A stretch of 64,000 bases of DNA from an uncultured Planctomycetota bacterium. Lineage in GTDB: Bacteria > Planctomycetota > Planctomycetia > Isosphaerales > Isosphaeraceae. This document shows, in pieces, positions 39,801-51,894 of this stretch. The stretch lies in assembly GCA_963737655.1 (NCBI GenBank), contig CAVTTN010000002.1, forward strand, positions 6,848,001 through 6,912,000. The letters run 5' to 3'. Under the pieces are notes generated by a model. The model saw nothing but the letters and a program-made list of their open reading frames with translations, was not told the origin of the DNA and did not search any database. A program made the translations under genes and the position numbers. The first letter of the stretch is position 1; each line of letters opens with the position of its first letter.

Positions 39801-42100
39801 TTACGAGGTGTACGGTCCGTACACGTTATTGCCCGAAGTCGAGGCCCGATTCAGGAGGAACCTCGTCCTCTGGATCGAGGCGGGGCCTCCGACGATCGCG
39901 ATGGCCCCGCCGAAGCCCTGTCCGGCCGCGCCCGGGGTGGTCCCCTGGCCTCCGGCGCCTCCGAGGGCGAGGTTCAGCGAGAAGAGGCTGTCGGTGACGA
40001 CCAGGCCGCTGGGATCGCCCGCGTAGGCGAAGATGCCCCCTCCGTAGGCGTCGCCGCCGGCCCCTCCCGCCCCGGTTGCCCCGCCATTGCCGCCCTTGCC
40101 GCCGAGCGCCGCGTCGGCGAGGAACGTGGAGGACGCGACGGTCACGCCTCCCGTGGTGAACGCCCCTCCATACGCGGCCCCTCCGGCCCCGCCGGCCCCC
40201 GAGCCGGCCCCGTTGCCGCCGTGGCCGCCGATCGCGACGTCGGCCGAGAACAGCGTGTTCGTGACCGACCCGGAAAGGCCGTCGAACGCGCCTCCCGAGG
40301 CGTAGCCGCCGGCCCCGCCGTCGCCGGTGCCCGAGGCGTTGCCGCCGTTGCCGCCGGTCGCCGAGTTGCCGAGGAACGAGGAGTTCGTCACCGAGCCGAC
40401 CGGCCCGGCGACCGCCCCTCCCGAGGCCGACCCTCCGGGGCCGCCGGGGCCGGCGTTGCCTCCGTGGGCCGAATTGCCCGCGAACGACGATCCCGAGATC
40501 GCCATCGAGCTGCCATAGAACTCGAAGATCGCCCCGCCCGTGGCCAGGTTGCCGTAGCCCCCGGCCGAGGTCGAGGCCCCGGTCGTCGCGGCATTGGCCA
40601 CGAACGAATCATTCTGGATCGTCGAGGAGCCATAGCCGCTGAGGACGATCGCCCCGCCCTGGCCCATCCCGCCGATCGGGCCGAGCCCCCGGCCGCCGAG
40701 TTGCCGGTGAAGCTCGTCCCGGAGACGGTCAGGGTCGCCGGGGGCCCGTAGGAGAAGCCCGCCGAGGCGGAGAGCGCCCCGCCCTGGGCGTAACCCCCCT
40801 GGCCGAACGCCGAGGAGGTGGCCTGGCCGACGGCCTGGTTGCCCGAGAACGACGAGTTGGAGACCGTCGTCGAGCCGAGGTCGCCCTGGACGTTCAGCCC
40901 GGCGCCGGTCGCGGAATACGATCCCGTCGCCGTGTTATTCACGAACGAGTCGCCCGAGACGGTCGTGGTCGGCGGCTGGGGGAAGAACCCGTAGACGAAC
41001 GACCGGCTCATCCCCGCGCCGGCGACCTGCTGGCCGACCACGGAGTTGTCGCGGAAGGTCGAGTTGGTGACGGTGGCCGCCGAGGCGTCCTCGATGAACA
41101 GGCCGCCCCCCCGGGCGAGCTGGGCCGTGGGGTTCGCCGCGCTGTTGCCGAGGAACGTGCTGCGATCGACGCTCGCCGTGCCCGAGAGGATCGCCACCGC
41201 TCCGCCCTGGGCGAAGTTCGGGTCGGTGTCGGTGTTGCCCCGGAACGTGCTGGAGGAGATCGTCACGGCCCCCTGATTGGCCTGGACCGCGCCGCCGAAG
41301 CCCGAGGAGAGGGAATTGCCCTCGAACCGGCTGCCCGAGATCGCGAGGTTCGCGGTGTCCGGCGTGTACCCGCCGTAGTACTCCAGGCCGCCGCCGACGT
41401 TGTTCGTGACGAGGGCCCCGGAGACCGTCAGGCTCCCGTTGCCCAGGAGGATGCCGCCGCCCCCCTGGGCCGTGTTTCCGGAGATCGTCCCCCCGGTGAT
41501 CGAGACGTTCAGGCCGTAGCTCTGGAACGCGCCTCCGCCGCTGGCCGAGTCGTTGAGGAAATTGGTGTTCACGATCGTGACGGTGTTGACCGGGCCGCTC
41601 GGGTTGTAGGGCGTCTCGGCGTCGACGCCTCCGCCGAAGCTCTGGGCGGTGCTGTCGCGGACCACGTCTCGCGAGAGCGTGAGGTTGGCCCCGTAGGTGT
41701 AGAGCGCCCCGCCGGAATACGGCGAATTGCCGTCGGCCAGGGTGAGGTCGGAGATGGCCACGTCGATCGTCGGGGCGCCCGGGCTGGAATCCTGCTGGAG
41801 GACCAGGATCGTGGACTTGCCGCCTCCGCTGATCGTCAGGTGATCGGCGCCGAGGCCGTCGATCGTCAGGCTCTTGCCGGTGCTGAAGATCGGGCCGGAT
41901 GTCAGGGTGATGGTCCGGTCGGTCAGGGTCGGCGAGAAGTTGATCAGGTCGCCCGAAGCGGCGGCGGCGACCTGGGCCCGGAGCGAGCCGGGGCCGTCGT
42001 CGGCCGTGGTGGTGACCGTCAGCGTGGAGAGCAGCTCGCGGGATTCCAGCCGGTCCATTCGCGGAGCGAAGCGCGCGAGGCGAGTCGAGGGCCTGGCCAT
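39801..42100 (-). CDS. Secreted Gly-rich beta-helix (Pmp-like repeat) protein; frameshift near 40688
   Basis: Leader RMDRLESRELLS, DDGPGSLR, and repeated F-x-x-N-x-A...GGA units. One G is missing in a G5 run. Confidence 0.82.
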
Positions 42101-42757
42101 GATGCGGTCTCCGGAGAAAGAAGGACGATGAGACGGAAAGGAGACATCCGCCCGGTCGGCCTCGACGAGGCGCACGACGATCCCCGCCCCGGTCCCGGCC
42201 GATTGGCCGGAGGGGTTCGGCTCAGGCGCCATCGAGGCCCGACGGATTCCGGCGCGCCCCACCGGGGCCTTCGAGACGTCCGGCGCGAGGACGCGCCGGG
42301 ACCGCCCGAGGGCGGACCGCGATTGGGGCATTAAGGCGTCACCGCAGGATGAGAGTTGGCCGCGATCCGCGGCCCGATGAAAAGGGAACGCTCGACGACC
42401 GGGGCACGATCCTGGGACCACCCTTCGAGGCGTGCTCCTCGTCGGTCCCGGGGCGTTTCCCGGGCCGCGCGAGTGCATCCACGAAGGTCGGCCCGGAGGG
42501 GATCTCGCACGATCCCTTCCACGCCGGGATGCACTTATCCGTGACGCACCCCCGCCTCGTCAAGCGCTTTCTTGTTAATTTTTTCGTCAATCCAAATTGA
42601 ACCGTGCGGAGCGGGGAGCCACGGCATGCCCCCTCATGACCTATCGAAAATCCCAAGGCGAGCGAGGGATGGAGGATCGGCCAGGCCCGGCTGAAGTCGG
42701 GCCGGCTCGATCGGTCATCCCCGCCGAGGCGTTCGAGGGTGTCCACCCGGCCAAGCT

Positions 42758-44056
42758 TCAGCGCAACGGATTGAGGACCATCCCCGTGAGCAGCTTTGGG
42801 TAGAAATAGGTGCTCTTGGGCGGCATTTTTTCCAGGTTCGAGGCGATCGACTCGACGTGATCCATGCCCGCCGGGGGGACGAGGCAGGCGAGGTCGCAGG
42901 TCTTCGCCGACGTCGCCGCCAGGACCTCGTCGATCAGGTGGACGTACTGGCAATGGGCCGTCCCGAGCCCGCCGAGGAGCGATTTCAGGACCAGCTCATG
43001 AAGGATGCTGACGCCCAGGGACCGCCATTCGGCGGAGTGCTCCGGGACGATCGAATCCATCGTGGCGTCGGAGCGGAGCCTGGCGGTGACCCATCGGCCG
43101 TCGGCGACGGTGCCGAAGCCGAGCATGTCCTGGTCGCCCTCGGCCTCGATCGCGTCCCAGGCGGCCCGGCATCCGGCGTCCCCCTCGCCGGTCGGCGTGA
43201 CCTCGAACTCGGGCCCGAGCGTCTCGGCCAGGGTCTCGGCGGAGAGCCCGGGGAAGCCCGAGACCAGCCGGTGGGTCGGCAGGATCAGCAAGCCCGGGTC
43301 GTTCATGCTCACCAGCATCATCAGGCAGAAATTGGCCGGGTCGTCGGGGCCGGAAAGCTGCCCGGCGGCGGCCAGCTCGTCGCGATAGGCCAATCCCGTC
43401 TCGTAGCGGTGGTGGCCGTCGGCGATGAAGACGGGCCTGGGAGCGATCAGGCCGGAGGCGAGCGTGTGGGCTTCCTGGTCCGTGACCGGCCAGAGGCGGT
43501 TGACCACGCCGAGGTGGTCGGTGGCCTCCAGGGGGGTCCGGTCCTTCAAGCCGGCCTCGATGGCGGCGAGCACCTCGTTCGACGGGTCGGGATACAGCCC
43601 GAAGATCGGGCTGAGGTTGGTGCCGGTCGCGCGATAGAGGTTCAGGCGGTCGGCCTTCGGGCCCGAGAGGGTCTGTTCGTGAGGATAGATCGAACCCTGG
43701 CCGAACGGCTCGAGCCGGACCCTCGCGAAGAAGCCGCGACGGGTGAAGGTGCGGCCCTCGACGTCGAAGGTCTGGTGATAGACATAAAAAGCCGGATGGG
43801 GGTCTTCGGCCAGGATGCCTTGCCTCCTCCAGTCCTTGAGGAACCGGGAGGCCCGGTCGTAGCGGTCGTGGCCCGGGGCGTCGCCGGGTTCCTCGCGGTT
43901 GAGCTCCAGGCGGATGATATTGAAGGGGCTGGCGCCGTAGAGGCGATCCTGGAGGGCCTGGCCGATCACGTCGTACGGAGGGGCCACCACGTCGGACAGG
44001 GCGCCGACCCGGGCCAGGTCGTAGCGGACGCCTCGGAACGGTCGGATCTCGGGCAT
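42758..44056 (-). CDS. DUF1015 family protein
   Basis: PFRGVRY, APPYDVI, PHEQT, IADGHHRYET, MPPKSTYFYPK. Confidence 0.92.
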   Translation of the reverse strand: MPEIRPFRGVRYDLARVGALSDVVAPPYDVIGQALQDRLYGASPFNIIRLELNREEPGDAPGHDRYDRASRFLKDWRRQGILAEDPHPAFYVYHQTFDVEGRTFTRRGFFARVRLEPFGQGSIYPHEQTLSGPKADRLNLYRATGTNLSPIFGLYPDPSNEVLAAIEAGLKDRTPLEATDHLGVVNRLWPVTDQEAHTLASGLIAPRPVFIADGHHRYETGLAYRDELAAAGQLSGPDDPANFCLMMLVSMNDPGLLILPTHRLVSGFPGLSAETLAETLGPEFEVTPTGEGDAGCRAAWDAIEAEGDQDMLGFGTVADGRWVTARLRSDATMDSIVPEHSAEWRSLGVSILHELVLKSLLGGLGTAHCQYVHLIDEVLAATSAKTCDLACLVPPAGMDHVESIASNLEKMPPKSTYFYPKLLTGMVLNPLR

Positions 44057-44299
44057 GGCGGGCGGTCCATAGAGACAATGGGTCGGACGGCGGGCCCGGC
44101 GACCCGGCCCCTGTCGAATTCTTCCGGCCAAGCAATGTAGCGGAACGATCGACCTCCCGGCAATCCGTCCTCCGCGAGGCCCGGATCGCCGCCCTTCCCT
44201 CAAATCGTCTCCGATCGTCCGGATTGGCTGGATCGTCGCGACCCCTGCGACCGACAACCCTGGTGATCGGGGATCGATCGGACCGGCGGGGCGGCCTTC

Positions 44300-45336
44300 A
44301 TGAAATCCGTGGGAATCTCGGCCTACCTCGTCAGCCTGATTCCGGGCGTCCTGGCCGTGATGGGGAACGTCCGGGGCGGGCCCTGGGCGCTCGGGGCCGC
44401 GGGCTTCCTCGCCGCGGTGTGCGTGGCCGACTGGTTCCTGAAGGATGACGCCTCGGGCCCCCCCGATCGGCCCGAGTGGACGCCCGACCTCGTGATCGTG
44501 CTTCACCTGCTGGTGAACTCCCTGGCGATCGGGACGTTGCTGTACGGAGTGGCGAGCGGCCATCTGCCCCGCTGGCGGATCAACGACGCCACCCTGTCCA
44601 CCGGCCTGAATTCGGGCCTGTCGGGGATCATCGTCGCCCACGAATTGATCCACCGTCGAGGGCGGTTCTGGCGGGGCGCCGGCGTGTGGAACCTGATGCT
44701 CGTGAACTATTCGCACTTCGCGATCGAGCACGTCCAGGGGCATCACAAGAGGGTCGGGACCCGTCGAGACCCCTCCACCGGCCGACCCGGCGAGGACATC
44801 TTTCGCTACCTTCTGAGGACGATCCCCGGGCAATTCCTCTGCGCCTGACGATCGAGGCCGACCGCCTCCGCCGCGAGGGCCGCGGGCGGTTCGGGCTGGG
44901 CAACTTCGTCGTGGCGGCGACGCTGGGGCAGGGGGTCCTGGCGGCGGGGATCGGCCTGGTCTGCGGGCCTCGGGCGCTGGTCGCCTATCTCGGCCAGGGT
45001 GCGATCGCGGTGGGCCTGTTGCAGGTCATCAATTATCTCCAGCACTACGGGCTGGAGCGGGAGAAGGGCTCGAAGATCGAGCCGGCGCACTCGTGGCAGA
45101 GCGACCGCATCTCCAGTCGTCTGTTGATGCTGGAGCTCCCCAGGCATTCCGACCACCATTGCCACTCGACCCGGCCGTATCACCGATTGGAGTCGATGGA
45201 AGAAAGCCCCGTCCTGCCGATGGGGCTGCTCGGGTCAGTGCCTCTGGTGTTCCTGCCGCCTCTTTGGTTTCACATCGCGAAGAAGGCGAGGAAGCGCGCC
45301 GTGGTGGTCGAGGAGGCATGGAAGCGGGCGGCGTAG
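44300..45336 (+). CDS. Alkane 1-monooxygenase-like membrane di-iron enzyme; frameshift near 44845
   Basis: His boxes HELIH, EHVQGHH, NYLQHYG and LPRHSDHH. Confidence 0.88.
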
Positions 45337-45344
45337 TGTCATTT

Positions 45345-45365
45345 GGTGCATGAAATGCACCCTAC
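45345..45365 (-). repeat. Single family B REP
   Basis: ggtgcatgaaatgcaccctac between convergent genes. Confidence 0.8.
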
Positions 45366-45657
45366 GGTTCGTCGAAGAGCCGGGGCAGGTCGCGGGCGCC
45401 GTGGACGACCCGGAGGACGACGATCCCATCCTCCATCTCTCGGTAGAGAATGACGTAGGGCGGACCAGGAGGCTCCGGACTCCCGGAGCCAATTCCTCTC
45501 GGCTCCGCCCGAGTTCGGGGAAGTGGGCCGCCAGTTGGCACTTCTCGGCGATCGCCTCGGTAAATCGGTCGGCCTTGGCTTCGGAGTAGGCCGCCAGGTA
45601 CGTCCAGATGTCCAGAAGGTCCTGGCGGGCCAGAGGGGTTTGGAGCACTCGGGGCAC
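45362..45657 (-). CDS. parE: ParE/RelE family toxin; frameshift near 45460
   Basis: ARQDLLDIWTY...FPELGRSREEL...[P]YVILYR...VLRVVHGARDL. Confidence 0.85.
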
Positions 45658-45672
45658 GTTTCGACCCTTCGC

Positions 45673-45930
45673 TCAGGACCCGGCCATGCGGCGACGCCCC
45701 TCGGCCCGGATCTCCTCCATGTCGAGGGGCAAGACCTCGCCCCGCTCGACCTGATCCACGGCTTCGCCGACGAGGCGACGCAAGGCGTTGAGCTTCGCCT
45801 CGTCGCGTTTTTCCTCGGTATCGAGCAGGCGAAGGGCCTCGCAGACCACTTCGGACTCGGAAGCGAAGTGCCCAAGCCCGACCTGATCCCGGACGAAACG
45901 CTCCCATTCCGGCGGCAGGGCGAAATTCAT
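45673..45930 (-). CDS. parD: ParD family antitoxin (RHH)
   Basis: MNFALPPEWERFV..QV..G.FASESEVVCEALRLL; directly upstream of the toxin. Confidence 0.88.
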   Translation of the reverse strand: MNFALPPEWERFVRDQVGLGHFASESEVVCEALRLLDTEEKRDEAKLNALRRLVGEAVDQVERGEVLPLDMEEIRAEGRRRMAGS

Positions 45931-45984
45931 CGGATGGTTCCCTCCCAGGGCTACCCTCATTGGAGTTTCGGCGGCCGCGGATCG

Positions 45985-47052
45985 TCAATAGGCATTGGCA
46001 TCGATGACTTCCGACCCCGAGACGCTCCCCAGCGCCCTCCAGTTCACCCCGTTGATGCTGCTCTTGACGAAGGCGACGTGGCCGTCTCCGAACAGGGCGT
46101 TGACGCCTCCGGGATGGTAGCTCCTGGCGGTGATCGCGGCGTAGGACGGCCCCTTGGCCGGGACCGAGACGACCAGGTTGCTCTCCAGGTCCGAATCGCC
46201 GGCCGGGGAGATCGCCACCGGAGCGGCCACGGTGCTGCCGGGGGCCGTGAGGATCGCGAAGTTCGGCGGCCAGGCGGTGGTCATGGCCGTCTCGTGGGCG
46301 TTGCCGTCGGCCCAGAAGGTGTGGCCCTTGCCGGCCGATCCGCTGCTGTAGCCGCCGATCGAGGTCGGGCTGATCGTCGGCGAGGGGATCGGGTTGGGCG
46401 GCTGGACCTCGGGGATCGAGGCGACCCGGAGCAGCGGTTGATACACCTTCACGTCCGTGGCCAAAACCGTCGAGCTCAGGCCGTCGGTGAACTCCGAGAG
46501 CCTGCGGCTGCGGTTGGGCCCGAACGCCCCGGTGTTGTCCGGCCCGGCGATCCCTCCCCAGACCAGCCAGTCTCCCTCGCAGAACCCGTAGCTGGTCACG
46601 CTCGCCGAGACCGCCGTCCCGCTCGGCTTGGAGTTGAACGGGGTGGATTGGTCCTTGTTGATGTCGCTCGGGCAGAGGAAGACCGACACGGACATGCCGA
46701 CGACGGTCGTATTGGCGTCGTGCTGGTGGTTCACCGTGAAGTTCAGCGCGTTGAAGGCGACGCCCTGTTCCATGAACGGCAGGATGCGGACGTGGACGCT
46801 GAAGCCGTTGGTCGATTGCGACGGGATCGCCGGGTTGGCGACGACGTCGGACATCGGCAGGGCGCCGGCCACGCTCTCGTAATTGGCGAGCCCGAGGCCC
46901 ATCTGCTTCAGGTTATTGATGCACTGGGCGCGTCTGGCGGCCTCGCGAGCCGCCTGGACGGCCGGCAACAGCAGCGCGATCAGGACGCCGATGATCGCGA
47001 TGACCACGAGGAGCTCGATCAGGGTAAAACCTCGACGACACATCGTTCGCAT
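45985..47052 (-). CDS. DUF1559 prepilin-type protein
   Basis: [34 protein letters not shown] and [14 protein letters not shown]. Confidence 0.95.
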   Translation of the reverse strand: MRTMCRRGFTLIELLVVIAIIGVLIALLLPAVQAAREAARRAQCINNLKQMGLGLANYESVAGALPMSDVVANPAIPSQSTNGFSVHVRILPFMEQGVAFNALNFTVNHQHDANTTVVGMSVSVFLCPSDINKDQSTPFNSKPSGTAVSASVTSYGFCEGDWLVWGGIAGPDNTGAFGPNRSRRLSEFTDGLSSTVLATDVKVYQPLLRVASIPEVQPPNPIPSPTISPTSIGGYSSGSAGKGHTFWADGNAHETAMTTAWPPNFAILTAPGSTVAAPVAISPAGDSDLESNLVVSVPAKGPSYAAITARSYHPGGVNALFGDGHVAFVKSSINGVNWRALGSVSGSEVIDANAY

Positions 47053-47287
47053 GGATCGCTCTCACCCGGCGTGCCGGGCCCTCCCGATTGGGGCCGTTGG
47101 TTCCATCATGCAACGATGGGGCGAAAAAGCAACCGAAAACCTTCGGTGACCACCGATCCGGCACGATCCGTCCGGGCTCCCTGATCGATCCGCCTTCGCC
47201 ATTTCAACGAGGCGCTTGACGCCGGATTCGCGACCCTGGACACTGTTCGCACCCCCCGAAACGCATTTACATCCGGGAGTCACGGCG

Positions 47288-49623
47288 ATGTCAGGCAAGC
47301 GAACACTCGAAGGCCGATCGGGGATCTCGTCGTTCCGCCTCGGCTCGTTGGCCCGAGGTCGGAGTCGCTCGGCGCTGAGCTGCGCCCGGAGGTCGAGGCG
47401 ATGGAGTCCCGCACCCTCCTCTCCGGCGGCCCGCTGCCGCCCGGGGGCCAGGGGGTGCCCACGGCCCACGACGACGTGATCGACACCGACGAGGGGAACC
47501 CGGTCACCATCCCGGTCCTCTCCAACGATAGCGACCCCAGCGAGATCAACCCTGCCAGCGTGACCGTCGTCTCGGCGCCGGGGCACGGCAAGATCGTCGC
47601 CATCGACAGCGGCACCGGCGCCATCACCTACAGCCCCGGCCCGCTGTTCTTCGGGACCGACAGCTTCACCTATACATTCAAGGATGCCTTCGGCAGCACG
47701 TCGAACGCCGCGACCGTCACGGTGATCGTCAACCGGCCGACGGCCAACGACGATTTCGCCCAGACCGTCGCCGGCCAGCCGGTGACCATCGACGTCGTCG
47801 GCAACGACAGCGACCCGGACGGCAACGACCACCTGAATCCCGGCAGCGTGGCGATCGTCACGGCCCCGACTCACGGGACCGACTCGATCTCGCCGACCGA
47901 CGGCTCGATCCTCTACACGCCGTCGGCCGGGTTCGAGGGGACCGAGCGACTCCAGTACACGATCATGGACAAGGCCGGCGCCACGTCCAACGTCGCCACC
48001 GTGACGATCACCGTCGCCGCCCCGCCCGCCCAGGCCGGGACCGTGATCAACGACGACTCGATCGACACCGACGAGGGGAACGCGGTGAACGTGCCGGTCC
48101 TGGCCAACGACGTCAGCCCCGTCGGCTTCAACCCCTCCACCGTGGCCCTGGCCAGCCAGCCGGCCCACGGCACGGCCACCGTCGATCCGTCGGACGGCTC
48201 GATCAACTACAACCCGGCCGTCGGCTTCTTCGGGACCGATACCTTCTCGTACACCGTCAAGGACAAGAGCGGCGGGATCGCCGGGCCGGGGCAGGTCTCG
48301 GTGGTCGTCAATCGGCCCACCGCCAACGACGACTTCACCGAGACCTTCGGCACGACCCCGATCGTCATCGCCGCCACGGCCAACGACACCGACCCCGACG
48401 GCCCGAACAAGCTCGACGTGACGACCCTGGCCGTGGCGACGCCGCCCCTGCACGGCGTGGCGATCCCGGCGACCGACGGCTCGTTCACCTACACGGCCGC
48501 TCCGGGCTTCTCCGGCACGGACCATTTCCAGTACACCGTCAAGGACCACGCCGGGGCCACGTCCAACCCGGCGACGGTCACCGTCGTGGTGGACCTCGGC
48601 CAGGTCTCGGGCGTCGTCTTCGCCGACTACAACGCCAACGGCGTCCAGAACGCCGGCGAGCCCGGGACGCCCGGCCAGGTCGTCTACCTCGACCTGAACG
48701 GGGACGGCCGCCTCGACGCGGGCGACCCCACCGACACGACCGACGCCGACGGCCGGTATACCTTCGAGAACCTGCCCGCCGGTTCGTATGCCGTCCGGAG
48801 CGAGCTGGGCGGCGCGACGAACGTGGTGTCCACCGCCCCGACGACCCCGGCCCAGCCGGTCACGGTGAGCCCGACGACCCAGTTGCCCGCCGGGCCGTCG
48901 TTCGGCGTGCTGACGTTCACGCCGCTGTCGTCGGTGACGATCGCCGCCAACCCGTTCCCTCAGGGCGTGAAGGACCCGGCCACGGCCTACGTCCTGGGGG
49001 CCTCGCGGAACCTGAGCGGAACGACCGCGGACGCCACGGCGTCGCCCAAGGCGGTCGCCCGTCTCGACAAGTCCTCTTCGCAGGAGGTCAGGACGGCCGT
49101 GGCGAAGTCGATCTGGGAATCGCCGGCGCACCGGGCCTCGGAGGTCCGGGCCGACGTCCAGGCGATCCTCGGCCGCGCCCCCTCGGCCGCCGAGATGAAG
49201 TCACTGACCAAGAAGCTCAAGGGCAAGAACGGCGATGAGGCCGTCGTCGCCAGCCTCCTGGCCTCGCCCGAATTCCGGGCGAAGCACTCGGGCTCGACCA
49301 GTTACGTGGCGGCCGTGTACAACCAGGTCCTCGGCCGGGCCCCGACCGCCTCGGAATCTTCGGCCCTGACGAGCAAGCTCGACGCGAAGAAGCTCACCCC
49401 GACGAAGGCGGCGACCGAGGTCCTGGCCTCCTCCGAGGCCGCCGGACTGGTGATCGACAGCCTCTACGTTGCGTTGCTCCAGCACCCGGCGGACGCCACC
49501 ACGAGGGAAACCCTCGTGACCCGGCTGACCCGAGGGCGGGCCTCGGTCGAGAGCCTGGGAGTCGGCATCCTCGCCTCGGACGAATACTATGCCCGGGCCG
49601 CCGCCGCCGCGAAGCAGGGGTAA
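47288..49623 (+). CDS. Secreted surface protein with four cadherin/Big_9-like repeats, an SdrD B-like domain and a DUF4214-like C-terminus; probable frameshift in the leader
   Basis: [10 protein letters not shown] leader, repeated AxDD...V.ND...P.HG...[21 protein letters not shown] and YNQVLGRAP. The ATG at 47288 is out of frame with 47401. Confidence 0.8.
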
Positions 49624-49777
49624 CCGGCCTCCGGGGCCGCGACGATCCGGCGCGAGCCTCACGAGCTTCCCGCTCGCGCCGGATTGCCCGATCCCGACTG
49701 AATTCCTTAGAATGGACGGTCGATGCCGATTCCGGCCGGAGACATCCCCGTGCCCGATCGGCCGACGGAGCCCGACC

Positions 49778-50701
49778 ATGACCGCCCGCCCCCGTCGTCG
49801 AGGGTTCACCCTGATCGAGCTGCTGGTCGTCATCAGCATCATCGGGGTCCTGGTGGCACTGCTCCTGCCGGCCGTCCAGATGGCCCGCGAGGCCGCCCGA
49901 CGCAACCAGTGCGTGAACAACCTGAAGCAGATCGGCCTGGCCCTGCACAACTACCAGCTCTCCCACGCGGTCTGGCCGCCGGGTTACGTCACCAACTGGT
50001 TCAAGAAGCAGGAGTTCGGGCCGGGCTGGGGCTGGGGCACGGCGATCCTCCCCCAGCTCGAACAGGGGAACCTCTACTCGGCCTGCAACCTCGACGTGAA
50101 CATCGAAGATCCCATCAACCTGACCGCCAGGACCGTCACGATCGCCGTCTATCTCTGCCCGACCGACAACCCCCCGCCGACGATGACCGCGACGTACTAC
50201 CCGGACAAGGTGATCATCCCCCGGGGGACGCCGATCTGCGACGTCTCCTCGACGAACTACTGCGCCATGTTCGGCCTGGGCGAACCCGGGATCGCCGGCG
50301 AGGGGCTGTTCTCCCGGAACGTGTCCATGGCCCCCGAGGACGTCCACGACGGACTCAGCCAGACGATCGCCGCGGGCGAACGGTCGTGCAAGCTGGGCAA
50401 CGCGACGTGGGTCGGCTCGGTCACCAACGCGGTCCTCGGGCCGCCTCCGGGCTACAACGGCACCGTCGGCCGGCTGATCCTCGAACCCGGGGCCGGGATG
50501 ACCCTGGGCCACGCCGGCGAGGGCCGGGGGCCGGGCGACAATCAGTCCGATTGCAACATGTATTTCAGCCTCCATCCCGGGGGCGTGAACTTCGTCTTCG
50601 CCGACGGCCACGTCAGCTTCCTGAAAAGCTCCATGGACGCGAAGCTCTACGCCGCCCTCTCCACCCGGGACGGCGGCGAGGTCATCCCGGACCAGTATTG
50701 A
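49778..50701 (+). CDS. DUF1559 prepilin-type protein
   Basis: [14 protein letters not shown] and [14 protein letters not shown]. Confidence 0.95.
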   Translation: MTARPRRRGFTLIELLVVISIIGVLVALLLPAVQMAREAARRNQCVNNLKQIGLALHNYQLSHAVWPPGYVTNWFKKQEFGPGWGWGTAILPQLEQGNLYSACNLDVNIEDPINLTARTVTIAVYLCPTDNPPPTMTATYYPDKVIIPRGTPICDVSSTNYCAMFGLGEPGIAGEGLFSRNVSMAPEDVHDGLSQTIAAGERSCKLGNATWVGSVTNAVLGPPPGYNGTVGRLILEPGAGMTLGHAGEGRGPGDNQSDCNMYFSLHPGGVNFVFADGHVSFLKSSMDAKLYAALSTRDGGEVIPDQY

Positions 50702-50732
50702 ATTGAACCGATTCGATCCGAAAGGAGCACGG

Positions 50733-51005
50733 ATGACGCGTCGATCCGCGGTGGTGGCGGTCCTCGGGGCCGTGGTCCTGGGCTGCGACAAGGCGATCGA
50801 GAACCCCGAGGTGATCTCGATCGACAAGGTCCCCAAGAACGTGATGGACGTGGCGAAGCAGACCTGGCCCGACGTCGAGTTCGAGAAGGCCTGGACCGGC
50901 AAGTTCGACGGCGAGGTCGCCTACGAGATCCGCGGCCGGACCGAGAACGGCAAGACCCGGGAGGTCCGCGTGTCGGCCTCGGGGACCGTCCTGGAGAAGG
51001 AGTGA
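50733..51005 (+). CDS. Small PepSY-like lipoprotein
   Basis: Lipobox VLGC and YEI.G....REV.VS..G.VLE. Confidence 0.75.
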   Translation: MTRRSAVVAVLGAVVLGCDKAIENPEVISIDKVPKNVMDVAKQTWPDVEFEKAWTGKFDGEVAYEIRGRTENGKTREVRVSASGTVLEKE

Positions 51006-51012
51006 GCGGGGG

Positions 51013-51810
51013 TCAGACCGCCAGCCCGTCGAACGCGGCCTCCCGGGCGGCGATCGCGATGGTCTCGGCGTCGGGCCGCTCCGCCTCTCGGGCGAAGGCG
51101 ATCAGGAGGGCGAGGTCGGCCAGGCGGTTGAGCCTCCGGGGCAGGCCGTCGGACTCGCGATGAAGCCGCGAGATCGCCTCGGAGGAAAAGATCTCCTCGG
51201 ACCCGCCGGCCCGCGCGAGCCGTCCCCGGACATAATCGTTCGCCTCGGCCTCGCTGATCGGGCCGACCACCGATCGGGCCGCGAGGCGGTCGATCAGGCC
51301 GGTCGGCATCTTCAGGGCCACCTCGGGACCTCCGACGAACAGCAACACCAGGTCGGGCGAGCCGTCGGAGGCGAAATTGCCGAGGGTCCGCAGCGCCTCG
51401 AAGGTCGCCGGGTCGTCGATCAGGTGGGCTTCATCGACCACCAGCAAGGGCCTCGGGCCGGTCGAAGCGGCCGAGGCGAGGGCGGCGCGGAGCCTCCGCA
51501 GCGAGCCGGCCATCCCGGGGCCGGGATCGGGCGGCGCGCCCAGCTCGTCGGCCAGGAACGCGAGCAATTCGGCCGGCGGCATCGCGGGGAATGCCAGGTG
51601 GACGATCGGCCCGCCCATCGCGCGAGCTAGGGCCCGGGCCAGGATCGTCTTGCCCGATCCCGGAGGCCCGAACGCGAGGGCCGGCCCTCGTTCCAGCCCG
51701 TACCGCAATCGTCGGATCGCCGCATCCCGAGACGATATCGGCACATACGCCGAGGGATCGACGGTCTCCGCGAACGGACGAGGAGACAGGCCGAAGTGCG
51801 ATTCATACAT
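51013..51810 (-). CDS. ExeA-like AAA+ ATPase
   Basis: MYESHFGL..RPF, GPPGSGKT, LLVVDEAHL, GLPRRLN. Confidence 0.9.
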   Translation of the reverse strand: MYESHFGLSPRPFAETVDPSAYVPISSRDAAIRRLRYGLERGPALAFGPPGSGKTILARALARAMGGPIVHLAFPAMPPAELLAFLADELGAPPDPGPGMAGSLRRLRAALASAASTGPRPLLVVDEAHLIDDPATFEALRTLGNFASDGSPDLVLLFVGGPEVALKMPTGLIDRLAARSVVGPISEAEANDYVRGRLARAGGSEEIFSSEAISRLHRESDGLPRRLNRLADLALLIAFAREAERPDAETIAIAAREAAFDGLAV

Positions 51811-51894
51811 CGGTTCGGGCTCGTCCTCGGCCAGTCAACAGCCAGGCAAGGCCTGGCCGCGACGACGTGGGCATGTCACTGGGGACCCGTTGCG

